DNA from: Chloroflexi bacterium RBG_13_51_18
Lineage (GTDB): Bacteria > Chloroflexota > Dehalococcoidia > Dehalococcoidales > RBG-16-60-22
Length of the DNA stretch: 35,965 bases
Assembly (NCBI GenBank): GCA_001796495.1
Contig: MGMR01000113.1
Span: 9,233 to 45,197, forward strand
Direction of reading: 5' to 3'
A model generated the notes under the pieces. It had not been told where the DNA came from. It searched no databases and saw only the letters and a list, made by a program, of their open reading frames with translations. A program made the translations under genes and the position numbers. Positions 15,527 through 25,873 of this stretch are shown piece after piece (positions within the stretch are counted from its first letter, which is position 1; every line of letters starts with the position of its first letter).

Positions 15527-16503
15527 TCTTTTACCCTCATACCCGCATTTGCTTCTTCCCACATATTACACTGACCTCCCCAGCAGGCCAAAACCCGGCG
15601 GTCTCTTAAAACCTGCGACACTTCACAGGCCACCGGACAATGATCGCATTTAAATGTGGACGTAATATATTCTGCTTCACCGATATCAAAACCGTGGAAC
15701 CGGCAGTCTTCCTGCTTTATATCCATACTTTCATGAGCGATAAGCGCCGCGCCGATAGCTCCCATAATCTCCGGATGGGCAGGAACAGTTATCTCTAGAT
15801 TGAGCTCCTCCCGCAGTGCCCGGATAATGCCCCGATTAAAGGCGACCCCACCCTGAAACACCACCGGCGAACGGATATCCTTACCTGAGCCGACATCGCT
15901 TAAATAGTTGCGTACCAGTGTACGGCAGAGTCCGTATACAATATCGTCGACGCGGTGTCCCATCTGCTGCTTGTGCACCATGTCCGACTCGGCGAAAACG
16001 GTACAGCGACCGGAAATTTTTACGCTATCCCGACCGGCCATGGCCAGACGGGAAAATTCTTCAATGCTCATACATAGACGCACCGCCTGGTGGTCGAGGA
16101 AGCTGCCGGTGCCGGCGGCGCATACCGTGTTCATAGCGAAATCCTCTACCAAGCCGTTACGAATTATAATCAACTTGCTGTCCTGCCCGCCGATTTCAAT
16201 AACCGTCCTAACATCAGGATAATATTTTACCGCCGCCACCGCCTGGCAGGTAATTTCGTTTTTTATGATATCAGCACCAACGATAGCCCAGGCCAGGTAA
16301 CGCGCGCTGCCGGTGGTGGCCACTCCTTTGATGTCGGTATCAGGCAGCAGCTGCCTCCCGATCTTGCCGAGCCCCTCCCGGATAACATCTACCGGCCGGC
16401 CAGCAGCCGGCAAATAAAGACTGGCCAGCAGTCCATCCGCCGCGTTGAGCGCCGCGAATTTGACCGTGACCGAACCTACATCTATACCAAGATAAGCTTC
16501 CAT
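15523..16503 (-). CDS. BadF/BadG/BcrA/BcrD-family ATPase: CoA-substrate-specific enzyme activase (HgdC-like) with a Cys-rich C-terminal tail
   Basis: ASKHA fold motifs: YLGIDVGSVTVKFA, IEIGGQDSKLI, VVFQGGVAFN, GAIGAALIA. The two cluster-bridging Cys motifs are VCAAGTGSF and RCTVFAESD. The tail is FKCDHCPVACEVSQVLRDRRVLACWGGQC. Confidence 0.8.
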   Translation of the reverse strand: MEAYLGIDVGSVTVKFAALNAADGLLASLYLPAAGRPVDVIREGLGKIGRQLLPDTDIKGVATTGSARYLAWAIVGADIIKNEITCQAVAAVKYYPDVRTVIEIGGQDSKLIIIRNGLVEDFAMNTVCAAGTGSFLDHQAVRLCMSIEEFSRLAMAGRDSVKISGRCTVFAESDMVHKQQMGHRVDDIVYGLCRTLVRNYLSDVGSGKDIRSPVVFQGGVAFNRGIIRALREELNLEITVPAHPEIMGAIGAALIAHESMDIKQEDCRFHGFDIGEAEYITSTFKCDHCPVACEVSQVLRDRRVLACWGGQCNMWEEANAGMRVKD

Positions 16504-16515
16504 TTACTTCTTTTT

Positions 16516-17694
16516 CTATTTTTTCTTGCTTTTTTGGAATTCCGCGCGGATTCCGGCCAGAATTTCCGGATTGGCCAGAATATCGGCGGCGGTCATCGCC
16601 ATGGCCTTGGCAGCATCAAGTAGGGCATGTAACGCTTCTTCTTTCCCGGCTGCCTCGGCGAATTCGGATGAATGAATTAAAACCTCACTAGACGCTATGG
16701 CCACCATAGGCTGTATAGTCGGTACCAATTGGCTAACATTGCCTACATCAGAACTACCGCTCCAGTTACCGGCATCGCCAAGGGGAATGGAACGCCCCAG
16801 CGACTGCATGTTTTTCCGGAAAAGCCTGGCCATGGTGATATTATTAAGCATAGAGGCGTAGCGCACGTCCGCCCAGCGGTATTTCAGTTCGGCGCCGGTG
16901 GCCGCCGCCGCGCCAGCGAAACAATTCATCACTTTATCTTTTAAAATATCGAGGTATTCATCATCTTCAGCGCGTATCAGGAAAGTGGCGGCGCTGTGGG
17001 CGGGGACAACATTAGGCGCGTCACCGCCATCGGTGATGATACCATGAATGCGGGCTGTTTCCTTGATGTGCTGCCGCAGGGAATCGATAGCGTTAAATGA
17101 GAGAATCATGGCTCCAAGCGCATTGATGCCCGCCTCGGGGTCAGCGGCGGCATGGGCGGCCTTCCCGATGAACTCGACCTGTAATGTCTGACAGGCCAGA
17201 GCACCAAATAATATCCGATTACCGCCACCCGGGTGCGTTATCATGGCCGCATCCAGGTCCCTGAATACGCCTTTCGCCGCCATAACGGCCTTGCCGGCAT
17301 CGGCTTCTTCAGCAGGGGTGCCGTAAACAATAATGCTGCCTCCCAATTTATCCACGGCCGCTTTAGCCGCCACTCCGGCGGCCACGGCGCTGGTGGCTAT
17401 CAGATTATGCCCGCAGGCGTGACCTATTCCGGGCAATGCATCATATTCAGCCAGGAAAGCGATGACCGGTTTTCCTTTACCGTAAACCCCGCGGAAAGCT
17501 GTCGGCATTCCGGCGACGCCCTTGACTACGGTAAAACCGTTATCCTGTAAAAATTCCGTCAGCCATGCCATAGCGTGCCGCTCTTTCATGGCCGTTTCCG
17601 GGTTATCATGTATCTTCCGGCTTAACCCGCTTAACTGCGTGTAACGCTTATCTATTTCCTTGCCGATGGAGGTTTTTAATCTAGTGATGTCCAA
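16516..17694 (-). CDS. M20-family amidohydrolase/peptidase (M20D, AbgB/amidohydrolase-like)
   Basis: 392 aa. Motifs IHDNPETAMKERHA, AFLAEYDALPGIGHACGHNLIA, GTPAEE. Confidence 0.85.
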   Translation of the reverse strand: MDITRLKTSIGKEIDKRYTQLSGLSRKIHDNPETAMKERHAMAWLTEFLQDNGFTVVKGVAGMPTAFRGVYGKGKPVIAFLAEYDALPGIGHACGHNLIATSAVAAGVAAKAAVDKLGGSIIVYGTPAEEADAGKAVMAAKGVFRDLDAAMITHPGGGNRILFGALACQTLQVEFIGKAAHAAADPEAGINALGAMILSFNAIDSLRQHIKETARIHGIITDGGDAPNVVPAHSAATFLIRAEDDEYLDILKDKVMNCFAGAAAATGAELKYRWADVRYASMLNNITMARLFRKNMQSLGRSIPLGDAGNWSGSSDVGNVSQLVPTIQPMVAIASSEVLIHSSEFAEAAGKEEALHALLDAAKAMAMTAADILANPEILAGIRAEFQKSKKK

Positions 17695-17724
17695 AATTTA
17701 TCTCCTCAACCCTCTTAATAACTC

Positions 17725-18165
17725 CTATTTGGCAGGGCATAGTTTATCGTAATTAACAACATTGCTTTCAGAGAAACCTTTATCAACAAAATATTTAATC
17801 ATTCTTTCGTCGTTTTTAGGAATGATCGCGCGAATCGTGTTAATCCCCTTGGACTGGCAGTATTTTTCCAGTGCATTAATCAACATCGTACCGATGCCGC
17901 TTCGCTGGTAATCAGGATTTACTGCGATGAGAAAAACTACGCCCGTACCGGTCATCGGCAAACCCGAGTATTCCAGTTTAGCCAGGGCAAAACCGACCAG
18001 GACGCCCTCGTACTCGGTAATAAAGCTTAAATCACGAGGCCCGCTCAGCTGGTCAGCCACCATATCCTTTTCAGGGATATCCGCCCACCAGATTCCCAGA
18101 GTGGGGGTAATATCGCTGGATACCATGCGACGTATTTTTATCGCGTTCTTATTAATAGTCTTCAT
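17725..18165 (-). CDS. GNAT-family N-acetyltransferase
   Basis: 146 aa with the acetyl-CoA motif VNPDYQRSGIGTMLINALEKYCQSKG. Confidence 0.85.
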   Translation of the reverse strand: MKTINKNAIKIRRMVSSDITPTLGIWWADIPEKDMVADQLSGPRDLSFITEYEGVLVGFALAKLEYSGLPMTGTGVVFLIAVNPDYQRSGIGTMLINALEKYCQSKGINTIRAIIPKNDERMIKYFVDKGFSESNVVNYDKLCPAK

Positions 18166-18315
18166 TTCAGTACTCCCCCCTTTTTACTTTTCCCCCAATC
18201 AATGTTGATAAGGCACGTCTTATATTATAACCTAGTAAACAAGGGATTTCTAGAATCCACGTTTCATATAGTAAACTAGGCATTTTTAAAGATGATAAAT
18301 TTCTATTGATTTATA

Positions 18316-18344
18316 TTGCATACCGCGATAAACCGTGCTATAAT
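18316..18344 (+). promoter_or_regulatory. Near-consensus sigma-70 promoter for the nusA operon
   Basis: TTGCAT (18316-18321), a 17-nt spacer, TATAAT (18339-18344), and an extended -10 TG at 18336-18337. Confidence 0.65.
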
Positions 18345-18376
18345 GAAGCTGCCAGGGATAAGAATAGCTTTGTGAG

Positions 18377-18401
18377 AAGTGGGTTGGAATCCCACTTTTT
18401 T
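18377..18401 (+). terminator. Intrinsic-terminator-like hairpin in the nusA leader (candidate attenuator)
   Basis: AAGTGGG (18377-18383), loop TTGGAAT, CCCACTT (18391-18397), running into a T-tract through 18401. It lies ~25 nt downstream of the predicted TSS and 46 nt upstream of the nusA ATG. No plus-strand gene ends here. Confidence 0.5.
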
Positions 18402-18446
18402 AATTATTGAATATGTAAAAAGAATATTTGGAGGTCAGCATCCGAA

Positions 18447-19910
18447 ATGAAGAGCGATTTTTTGCTCGCCATTACACAGCTTTCGGCGGAAAAAAATCTG
18501 CCGAAGGATGTAGTCCTCAACGCAGTTGAAGCGGCGCTGGTGTCAGCCTATAAAAAGGACAGCTTTTCCTCCAATCAGAACGTAGCCGTCAAAATCAATC
18601 CTAATTCCGGCGCGGTAGAGGTATGGTCGGAAAAAACGGTAGTAGAAAAGCCTAAAGACCGGGAAACCGAAATATCGCTGCGGGAGGCAAAAAAACTCAA
18701 GAGCGATATTAAACTAGGCGAACTAATTATGGTGGAGTCCACTCCCGCTAACGCCGGGCGTATCGCGGCGCAAACGGCCAAGCAGGTTATTCTACAGCGT
18801 CTGCACGAAGCCGAGCACAGCGCAATATTCGAAGAATACGCCGATAAAGAAGGGGAAGTGGTGAGTGGGGTTGTCCAGCGCTTCGAGGCCGGGCAGGCTT
18901 TCATTGAACTGGGCAGGACCGAGGCCATTCTGCCGGCATCCGAGCAGGTACGCACCGAGCGTTATCGCGTAGGACAGCATCTCAAGGTTGTATTATTGCA
19001 GGTAGCGCGTACGGTCAAAGGCCCCAGAGTAATAGTATCGCGCTCTCACCCGGAGTTATTACGCCGTTTATTCGAGTTGGAAGTGCCGGAGGTCTACAAC
19101 GGGACCGTCGAGATAAAATCCATAGCGCGCGAAGCCGGGTTCAGGAGCAAAATAGCCGTCGCCGCCAAGCAGGAAGGCATCGACCCCGTGGGGTGCTGCG
19201 TGGGACTGCGGGGTATCAGGATACAGAACATTGTAAGTGAGCTCAACGGTGAGAAAATTGACGTGGTCATGTGGAGTCCTGAACCGGCTAATTTTATCGC
19301 CAACGCCCTTAGTCCGGCGCACATCGTCGGCGTTCAGTTGAATAAAGATGAGCAGGTAGCCACAGTCATCGTTCCTGATAAGCAGCTTTCCCTGGCTATC
19401 GGCAAAGAGGGACAGAACGCGCGTCTGGCTGCCAAGCTTACCGGCTGGCGCATCGATATCAAGAGCGCATCGGCAGCCGAGGCCGATAAGATTAAAGAGA
19501 CCGGAGTGCCGGAGGAAAAGGAAGAAGAAGCTTTAGCGGCCAAAAAAGAGGCGGCAGACGAGGAACTACCCGAGGAAATCCTCGCCCAGCTTGAACCTAT
19601 GGAGTTGGTTGAAGAGCCGGCAGTGGAAGAGGCTGAAGGGGAAGAGGCCGAAGCAGAACCGGTGGCGGCGGAGATATTGATGCCGCCCCAGATAAAACTG
19701 GGGCAAGCCGCCGGCGAAGGTAAAACCAAGCTGCGTTTTGCCGAGGACATCATGGCGCCCAGACGGGTAAAGGAAGCTGAAAAACCCACCAGAGCGAAGA
19801 CGAAGAAGAAAAAGAAGGGCGCTTATACCAAGGAGACCAGTGAAGACAGCAGCAAAGCGAGGAAAGGCCGCCGTGATTATACCGTGGAGGAGGACGAGGA
19901 ATATATATAA
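18447..19910 (+). CDS. nusA: Transcription termination/antitermination factor NusA with a long acidic-then-basic C-terminal extension
   Basis: N-terminal [33 protein letters not shown], an S1 domain ([21 protein letters not shown]) and KH domains ([64 protein letters not shown]). GGAGG lies 12 nt upstream. Confidence 0.95.
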   Translation: MKSDFLLAITQLSAEKNLPKDVVLNAVEAALVSAYKKDSFSSNQNVAVKINPNSGAVEVWSEKTVVEKPKDRETEISLREAKKLKSDIKLGELIMVESTPANAGRIAAQTAKQVILQRLHEAEHSAIFEEYADKEGEVVSGVVQRFEAGQAFIELGRTEAILPASEQVRTERYRVGQHLKVVLLQVARTVKGPRVIVSRSHPELLRRLFELEVPEVYNGTVEIKSIAREAGFRSKIAVAAKQEGIDPVGCCVGLRGIRIQNIVSELNGEKIDVVMWSPEPANFIANALSPAHIVGVQLNKDEQVATVIVPDKQLSLAIGKEGQNARLAAKLTGWRIDIKSASAAEADKIKETGVPEEKEEEALAAKKEAADEELPEEILAQLEPMELVEEPAVEEAEGEEAEAEPVAAEILMPPQIKLGQAAGEGKTKLRFAEDIMAPRRVKEAEKPTRAKTKKKKKGAYTKETSEDSSKARKGRRDYTVEEDEEYI

Positions 19911-20208
19911 AGCCAGAGCGGCAACCATCAAGGCAGCCCCGCAGCGAACCTGTGCGGCCTGCCGGCAGGTAAAAGCAAAGCGGGAGATGGTGCGCCTGGT
20001 ACGCACTGCCACCGGTGAAGTAGAAATAGATATTGCCGGGAAGAAGGATGGGCGGGGCACGTATTTATGTCGTGACCGGGCGTGCTGGGATAAAGCCCTG
20101 AAAAGCCAGCAGCTGGAGCACGCTTTAAAAGGTAAAATAGACTCAGATAACCTCGCACGACTTGGCGAGGCCGGGGAAAAATTGCTGAAGGAGTTAAACG
20201 GTGGCTAG
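19840..20208 (+). CDS. ylxR: YlxR/DUF448 RNA-binding protein
   Basis: Signature [27 protein letters not shown]. It occupies the standard position between nusA and infB. The only ATG/GTG/TTG start upstream of the motif is 19840, which overlaps nusA by 71 nt, so the start is uncertain. Confidence 0.75.
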   Translation: MKTAAKRGKAAVIIPWRRTRNIYKARAATIKAAPQRTCAACRQVKAKREMVRLVRTATGEVEIDIAGKKDGRGTYLCRDRACWDKALKSQQLEHALKGKIDSDNLARLGEAGEKLLKELNGG

Positions 20209-22048
20209 AGCCAGTAAACCAAGAAAAGCCGCTCCGTCAGCGGCGGAAAAGCCGGTCAAAGAACCGGAAAAGGATACAGAGCCTGTTATCAACCTGCCGC
20301 GCTCGATTAGTGTACGCCAGCTGGCTGAGATGCTGGATATCGATGCCATTAGCATTATCAAGCAGTTGATGCGCAATGGCATCATGGCTAATATCAACCA
20401 GATTGTCGACTACGAGACCGCCGCATCTATTGTCACGAGCCTTGGTTACAAGCCGCACCTGGCGCCGATTAAAGACCAGTTAATGGCCACCGCCGCCGAG
20501 GAGGGCAAGCGCCGTAAACGGAAATACGGGAAAGACTCGGAGAACCTGATACTGCGTCCACCCGTAGTCACGGTCATGGGTCATGTCGACCACGGCAAGA
20601 CCAAACTGCTCGATGCCATCCGAAAGACCAATGTCGTAGATTCTGAAGCCGGAGGCATCACCCAGCATATCGGCGCCTATCAGGTCACTATAGACGGACA
20701 GAAGATTACCTTTTTAGATACCCCCGGCCATGAAGCTTTTACCGCCATGCGCGCTCACGGTGCTAATATTACCGATGTCACCATCCTGGTGGTAGCCGCC
20801 GATGACGGCGTGATGCCGCAGACCAAAGAAGCTATCAACCATGCCAGGGCAGCGGAAGTGCCTATAGTCGTGGCGATTAATAAGATTGATAAAGACAACG
20901 CCAACCCCAACCTGGTGAAACAGCAATTGACCGAGGCGGGGCTGGTTATCGAGGAGTGGGGAGGCAATATCGTATGCGTGGAAGTGTCAGCCAAAGAAAA
21001 GAAAGGCATCAAGGAACTGCTGGAAAGCGTGCTGCTGGTCGCCGAAATGGAAGACCTGAAAGCGAACCCCAACCTGCCTGCCGCCGGTATCGTTATCGAA
21101 GCTGAAATGGATAAGACGATGGGGCCGCTGGCAACCGTCCTCATGCAGTCCGGTACTTTAAAAGAGGAAGATACCGTCGTCGTCGGTACGACCTGGGGCA
21201 GGGTGAGAGCCATGTTCAATGAAGCGCGCAAGCGGATAAAGAAGGCGGAACCGTCCATGCCGGTAGAAATACTGGGTCTTGGCAGCGTACCGAAGGTTGG
21301 AGATACCCTGGTAGCTGTTGCCGACGAACGCCACGCCCAGGCGATACTCGACAGGAGACGGGCCGAACTGGAACAGGAGGCTTTAAAAAGGAAAACGGTC
21401 AACCTGGATAATCTGTTTGACCAGATAAGCACCGGCACGGTAAAAGAGCTTAATGTTATCCTTAAAACGGACGTCCAGGGCAGCATCGAACCAATCATGA
21501 CTTCGCTTGAGCGGTTGGGTACGGACGAAGTGAAGGTGAGGATAATCCACAGCGCTGCCGGCGAAATATCCGAAAGCGACGTTATGCTGGCGGCTGCTTC
21601 CAACGGACTTATAATAGGTTTCAGCGTTAATGCCAGCGAGGGCGCGCGCCGTCTGGCCGCCACCACCGGTATTGACATACGTTTTTATAATATTATCTAT
21701 ACTCTAATCGACGATGTTGATAAGGCGTTAAAAGGCCTGCTAGAGCCCAAGTATGTCGAAGTTATCGAGGGGCGCGCCGACGTCAGGGCAGTTTTCTCGG
21801 CCGGCAAAGGAGTCAAGGCCGCCGGCGTCCTTGTTTCCGAGGGCAAAATTACCCGTAATGTGTCCGTGAGGGTGAGGCGGGGCAAAGAAATACTGGCCGA
21901 TTCCACGGTATCGAGCCTCAAGCGGTTCAAGGACGACGCCAAGGAAGTAGCCACCGGCTATGAGTGCGGCGTGGGCGTTAAGGACTTTAACGACTTCAAG
22001 GTCGGAGACGTTCTGGAATTCTATAAAATGGAGAAATCCGGCAAATAG
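20201..22048 (+). CDS. infB: Translation initiation factor IF-2
   Basis: GTG start with GAAGGAG 7 nt upstream. G-domain motifs [20 protein letters not shown]. 615 aa, so the N-terminal region is short. Confidence 0.95.
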   Translation: MARASKPRKAAPSAAEKPVKEPEKDTEPVINLPRSISVRQLAEMLDIDAISIIKQLMRNGIMANINQIVDYETAASIVTSLGYKPHLAPIKDQLMATAAEEGKRRKRKYGKDSENLILRPPVVTVMGHVDHGKTKLLDAIRKTNVVDSEAGGITQHIGAYQVTIDGQKITFLDTPGHEAFTAMRAHGANITDVTILVVAADDGVMPQTKEAINHARAAEVPIVVAINKIDKDNANPNLVKQQLTEAGLVIEEWGGNIVCVEVSAKEKKGIKELLESVLLVAEMEDLKANPNLPAAGIVIEAEMDKTMGPLATVLMQSGTLKEEDTVVVGTTWGRVRAMFNEARKRIKKAEPSMPVEILGLGSVPKVGDTLVAVADERHAQAILDRRRAELEQEALKRKTVNLDNLFDQISTGTVKELNVILKTDVQGSIEPIMTSLERLGTDEVKVRIIHSAAGEISESDVMLAAASNGLIIGFSVNASEGARRLAATTGIDIRFYNIIYTLIDDVDKALKGLLEPKYVEVIEGRADVRAVFSAGKGVKAAGVLVSEGKITRNVSVRVRRGKEILADSTVSSLKRFKDDAKEVATGYECGVGVKDFNDFKVGDVLEFYKMEKSGK

Positions 22049-22069
22049 CCTTCCGCCGGAATTATTGCC

Positions 22070-22432
22070 ATGTCCCATCGTATCGAACGCGTTAATACCC
22101 TCCTGCGCCGTGAAATCAGCGAGCTTATACAGCAAGAGCTAAGAGACCCCCGTCTTTCAGAATTTGTCACCGTAACGGAGGTGGATACCACTCTCGACCT
22201 GAAACACGCCAAAGTCTATATCAGCAGCATAGGCGGGCAACAGGAGGAACAGAAAATCCTGGGAGTCCTGAATTCAGCGGCTGGCTTTCTCCGCACGGCG
22301 CTGGCCAACAAAGTAAGGCTGCGCTATACCCCCGAGCTGCATTTCATCTGGGATAACTCTATAGAACACGGTGACCATATCCTGCGCCTCATCGACGAAG
22401 TAACGCAAAATGATAATCCCGATACTCCCTAA
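22070..22432 (+). CDS. rbfA: Ribosome-binding factor A
   Basis: 120 aa. RIERVNTLLRREISELIQQELRDPRL, followed by TVTEVDTTLDLKHAKVYIS. Confidence 0.9.
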   Translation: MSHRIERVNTLLRREISELIQQELRDPRLSEFVTVTEVDTTLDLKHAKVYISSIGGQQEEQKILGVLNSAAGFLRTALANKVRLRYTPELHFIWDNSIEHGDHILRLIDEVTQNDNPDTP

Positions 22433-22477
22433 AAAATCACCCCAAAAAGACTCACATTCCATTATCAGGAAACTGGA

Positions 22478-23386
22478 TTGACTTTGAATGGCATTTTTAA
22501 TATTAACAAACCCGCCGGCAAGACTTCCTTCGGCGTAGTCGCCCTGGTAAAACGACTGACCGGCGAACGGCATGCCGGGCATGCCGGCACCCTCGACCCG
22601 GACGCTACCGGTGTTCTGCCGGTCTGCCTGGGACAGGGGACGCGCATTGTAGAATTCCTCATGGACGCCAGAAAAACCTACCGCGCTGAAATCGAACTCG
22701 GTAAAGCTACCGATACCTATGACAGCAGCGGAAAAGTCATTTACCAGGGTGATATTTCAGGTATCGACATCAATAAGGTGGAACAGGCGCTGGCGCTATT
22801 CCGGGGCAACATCGAACAAGTCCCGCCGATGTACAGCGCCCTGAAACACGAAGGCCAGCCGCTTTACCAGCTAGCCAGGGCGGGTATTGCCGTCCAGCGT
22901 AAGAGTCGTATAGTTAAAGTACACCGACTGGAACTGCTTACATGGCAGTCGCCTCTGATCGCCTTAGAGATTGAATGCAGCAAAGGAACTTATATACGGT
23001 CGATAGCTCATGACCTAGGGGAGGCGCTGGGGTGCGGGGCCTATCTCAAAGGCCTGGTGCGCACCCGCTACGGCATTTTCGACGTTAAAGAAGCCATCTC
23101 CCTATTGCAGCTGGAAGAAGCCTGTAAAAAAGGTAACTGGCAGCGGTATCTCTACCCCATCGATAGCGTTCTTGAAGATTTCACTAAAATAGTACTTAAT
23201 GAAGCCGGCGAGCAGGCAATGAGAACCGGCAGTCTTTTAAGCCCGGAACACGTTGAAACCCAGGATGTTAAAGAAAATCCGTATCAAAGATATAGCCGCG
23301 CCTATTCCCAGGACGGGCGTTTTCTGGGTATGCTCCAGCCTGTCCCCGATAGAGAAGCATGGCAGCCGAAGAAGGTCTTCATATAA
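22478..23386 (+). CDS. truB: tRNA pseudouridine(55) synthase TruB
   Basis: TTG start. Motifs NGIFNINKPAGKTSF, GHAGTLDPDATGVLPVCLG (catalytic Asp), PPMYSALK. Confidence 0.9.
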   Translation: MTLNGIFNINKPAGKTSFGVVALVKRLTGERHAGHAGTLDPDATGVLPVCLGQGTRIVEFLMDARKTYRAEIELGKATDTYDSSGKVIYQGDISGIDINKVEQALALFRGNIEQVPPMYSALKHEGQPLYQLARAGIAVQRKSRIVKVHRLELLTWQSPLIALEIECSKGTYIRSIAHDLGEALGCGAYLKGLVRTRYGIFDVKEAISLLQLEEACKKGNWQRYLYPIDSVLEDFTKIVLNEAGEQAMRTGSLLSPEHVETQDVKENPYQRYSRAYSQDGRFLGMLQPVPDREAWQPKKVFI

Positions 23387-23450
23387 AACACGCAGTATAC
23401 TCTCAATGGTTTGGAACATAATATTTATGTCAGCAAATAATGCTACAATC

Positions 23451-23480
23451 TTGACAGTTTACTCTTAAAGAGAGTATAGT
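23451..23480 (+). promoter_or_regulatory. Candidate sigma-70 promoter for the inositol cluster
   Basis: TTGACA (23451-23456), 18 nt, TATAGT (23475-23480). A second extended -10-like TGcTACAAT sits at 23441-23449. Confidence 0.45.
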
Positions 23481-23562
23481 GCATCGGATACTTATTGTAG
23501 CTTTATTACTGTACGTTTTCTAATGCAATGTCATCTCGAAAGAAAGGGGTAACAATAAAACA

Positions 23563-24687
23563 ATGGGGAAAATAAACGTGGCCATTATCGGCGTGGGCAA
23601 CTGCGCCTCTTCCCTGGTCCAGGGTGTATATTATTATCAAAACGCTAAGGACAATGAAAAAGTACCGGGGCTTATGCACGTTAACCTGGGCGGCTACCAT
23701 ATCTCCGATATCAACTTCGTGGCCGCTTTTGATGTTGATAAGAACAAGGTAGGGAAAGACCTGGCGCAGGCCATCTACGCCAAGCCCAACAACACCTACA
23801 AGTTCTGTGATGTTCCTTTAACCGGCGTTAAAGTTGCCCGCGGTATGACGCATGACGGGCTAGGCAAGTACCTCTCAGAGATAATTCAGAAAGCCCCGCC
23901 CCCCACCGTTGATATAGTCAAGGTTCTTAAGGATACCAAGACGGATGTGGTACTGAACTACCTGCCCGTAGGCAGTGAGATGGCCACCAAGTGGTATGTA
24001 GAGCAGGTGCTGCAGGCCGGCTGCGGCTTCATCAACTGCATCCCGGTTTTCATCGCCAGCCGGAAAGACTGGGCAGCGCGCTTTGCCGACCACGGACTGC
24101 CAGTCATCGGCGACGATATCAAGTCGCAAGTCGGCGCTACCATCGTCCACCGCGTACTTACCAAGCTGTTTGTCGACCGCGGCGTGAAACTGGAAAAGAC
24201 TTACCAGCTTAATTTCGGCGGGAATACCGATTTCCTCAACATGCTGGAAAGAGAGCGCCTCGAGTCCAAGAAAATTTCCAAGACCGGCGCCGTCACTTCC
24301 CAGCTTCCCTATAAGATGGACCCCGATGACATTCATGTCGGCCCCAGCGACTATGTGCCCTTCCTGCAAGACCGCAAGTTCTGCCATATCAGGATGGAAG
24401 GCCGCACCTTCGGGGATGTCCCCCTGTTGGTAGAAACCAAGCTGGAGGTCTGGGATAGCCCCAACTCCGCGGGCGTCGTCATCGATGCCATAAGGTGCTG
24501 CAAGCTCGCTATGGACCGCGGTCTTGAGGGAGCCTTAACCGCGCCGTCCTCCTATTTCATGAAAACACCGCCGGTGCAATACAGCGACTCTGAAGCCCGC
24601 GACAAGGTCGAAGAGTTTATAGCTGCGAAAGCGGCGTCACCCAAAAAGAAACCCGCTAAAAAACGGGGGGCTAAGAAACCGGCATGA
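23563..24687 (+). CDS. ino1: myo-Inositol-1-phosphate (inositol-3-phosphate) synthase
   Basis: NAD-binding N-terminus of bacterial/archaeal MIPS ([22 protein letters not shown]) and the [16 protein letters not shown] motif. 374 aa with a Lys-rich tail [15 protein letters not shown]. Confidence 0.85.
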   Translation: MGKINVAIIGVGNCASSLVQGVYYYQNAKDNEKVPGLMHVNLGGYHISDINFVAAFDVDKNKVGKDLAQAIYAKPNNTYKFCDVPLTGVKVARGMTHDGLGKYLSEIIQKAPPPTVDIVKVLKDTKTDVVLNYLPVGSEMATKWYVEQVLQAGCGFINCIPVFIASRKDWAARFADHGLPVIGDDIKSQVGATIVHRVLTKLFVDRGVKLEKTYQLNFGGNTDFLNMLERERLESKKISKTGAVTSQLPYKMDPDDIHVGPSDYVPFLQDRKFCHIRMEGRTFGDVPLLVETKLEVWDSPNSAGVVIDAIRCCKLAMDRGLEGALTAPSSYFMKTPPVQYSDSEARDKVEEFIAAKAASPKKKPAKKRGAKKPA

Positions 24688-25829
24688 AAATTGCCCTGGT
24701 TTCCCCTTACGACTTCGCTTCACCGGGCGGCGTGGTCAGCCACATATCGTGCCTAGAGCAGCAGTTTACCCGGCTGGGGCACGATGTTAAAATTATCGCC
24801 CCGGCTTCCAAGGCTGTCTATACCAGCGGCGACCGCTTTATCCGTATCGGCACACCGCGTCCTATCCCGGTCAGCGGCTCTGTCGCCCGCATTACCATCT
24901 CCCTCCGACTGGAAAGCCAGATAAAAGAAGTCTTCGAGCGGGAGCAGTTCGATATCTGCCACCTGCATGAGCCTTTGATGCCGACTCTTTGCACGACTAT
25001 ACTGCGACTAAAGAAATCACCGATGGTCGGCACTTTTCATGCCTCCGGGGGCAAACCCTGGTACACCATGTTCTCGCCCATCGCCAAGTGGTACCTTAAC
25101 CGCTGGTTCCGCAAGCTAGACGGGCGCATCGCCGTCTCGGAGGTTGCCCTTTCCTATGTCAATAAATATTTCCCCGCCGATTACGCCATCATCCCCAACG
25201 GCGTGGACACCCTTCATTTCCATGACAAGGTGACACCCTTTGATAATTTTAACGACGGCAAGACGAATATACTCTTCGTAGGCCGACTGGAAAAGCGAAA
25301 GGGATTTGATTACTTGCTGGAAGCATACCGCCTGATAAAATCGGATATCACCGATTGCCGCCTTATACAGGTAGGCCCGGGCGTGCGTTTGCGTAAAAAA
25401 TATGAAAAGTACGTCCGCCAGTACGGGCTGCCGGATGTGAGTTTCCGGGGCTATTCCCCTTACAACGATTTGCCAAGATATTACCAGACCGCGGATATCG
25501 TCTGTTTCCCCGCCACGGGACGGGAAAGCCAAGGCATCGTCCTGCTGGAAGCAATGTCGGTCGGTAAGCCTGTTATCGCTTCAAATATCGACGGCTATAC
25601 CAGCGTCCTTACCGATGGCGTTGAAGGCATTACCGTGCCGCCCAGGGATTCCCGTCAACTGGCCGAAGCTATATCGAGGCTCATCAGGAATAAACATCTA
25701 CGACAGCAGATGGGCAGCCGGGGCATACACAGGGCAAAACAGTTCGATTGGCCGACAATTGCGGCAAAGGTGTTGGATTTATACAGCAACACTTTGAATA
25801 ACATCAAGCAATCCGCCGCAAAAACGTAA
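24684..25829 (+). CDS. GT4 (GT-B) glycosyltransferase, PimA-like (phosphatidylinositol mannosyltransferase-like)
   Basis: ATGA overlap with the MIPS stop. It is colinear, from my memory of mycobacterial PimA, in these motifs: [74 protein letters not shown]. Confidence 0.7.
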   Translation: MKIALVSPYDFASPGGVVSHISCLEQQFTRLGHDVKIIAPASKAVYTSGDRFIRIGTPRPIPVSGSVARITISLRLESQIKEVFEREQFDICHLHEPLMPTLCTTILRLKKSPMVGTFHASGGKPWYTMFSPIAKWYLNRWFRKLDGRIAVSEVALSYVNKYFPADYAIIPNGVDTLHFHDKVTPFDNFNDGKTNILFVGRLEKRKGFDYLLEAYRLIKSDITDCRLIQVGPGVRLRKKYEKYVRQYGLPDVSFRGYSPYNDLPRYYQTADIVCFPATGRESQGIVLLEAMSVGKPVIASNIDGYTSVLTDGVEGITVPPRDSRQLAEAISRLIRNKHLRQQMGSRGIHRAKQFDWPTIAAKVLDLYSNTLNNIKQSAAKT

Positions 25830-25873
25830 TAAGAGAGCTTAAACCCAACGCAATTTCAGGATATTACCGAATT

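Noticed and set aside
18345-18401. A possible tRNA gene ahead of nusA (as with metY in E. coli), suggested by a T-arm-like GTGGG-TTGGAAT-CCCAC hairpin
   Set aside because: No acceptor stem, D-arm or anticodon arm can be built from the flanking sequence. The loop also deviates from TTCGAAT at the conserved C. I kept it only as a leader hairpin.
19334-20060. Two ORFs (151 and 164 aa) antisense to the nusA tail and ylxR
   Set aside because: They are low-complexity shadow ORFs opposite the acidic/basic NusA extension, with no independent signals.
20755-21678. 307-aa ORF antisense to infB
   Set aside because: It lies entirely inside the strongly supported IF-2 gene on the opposite strand. Its Ser/Thr/Ala/Leu-rich translation carries no motifs. 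This is a typical shadow ORF of a GC-rich gene.
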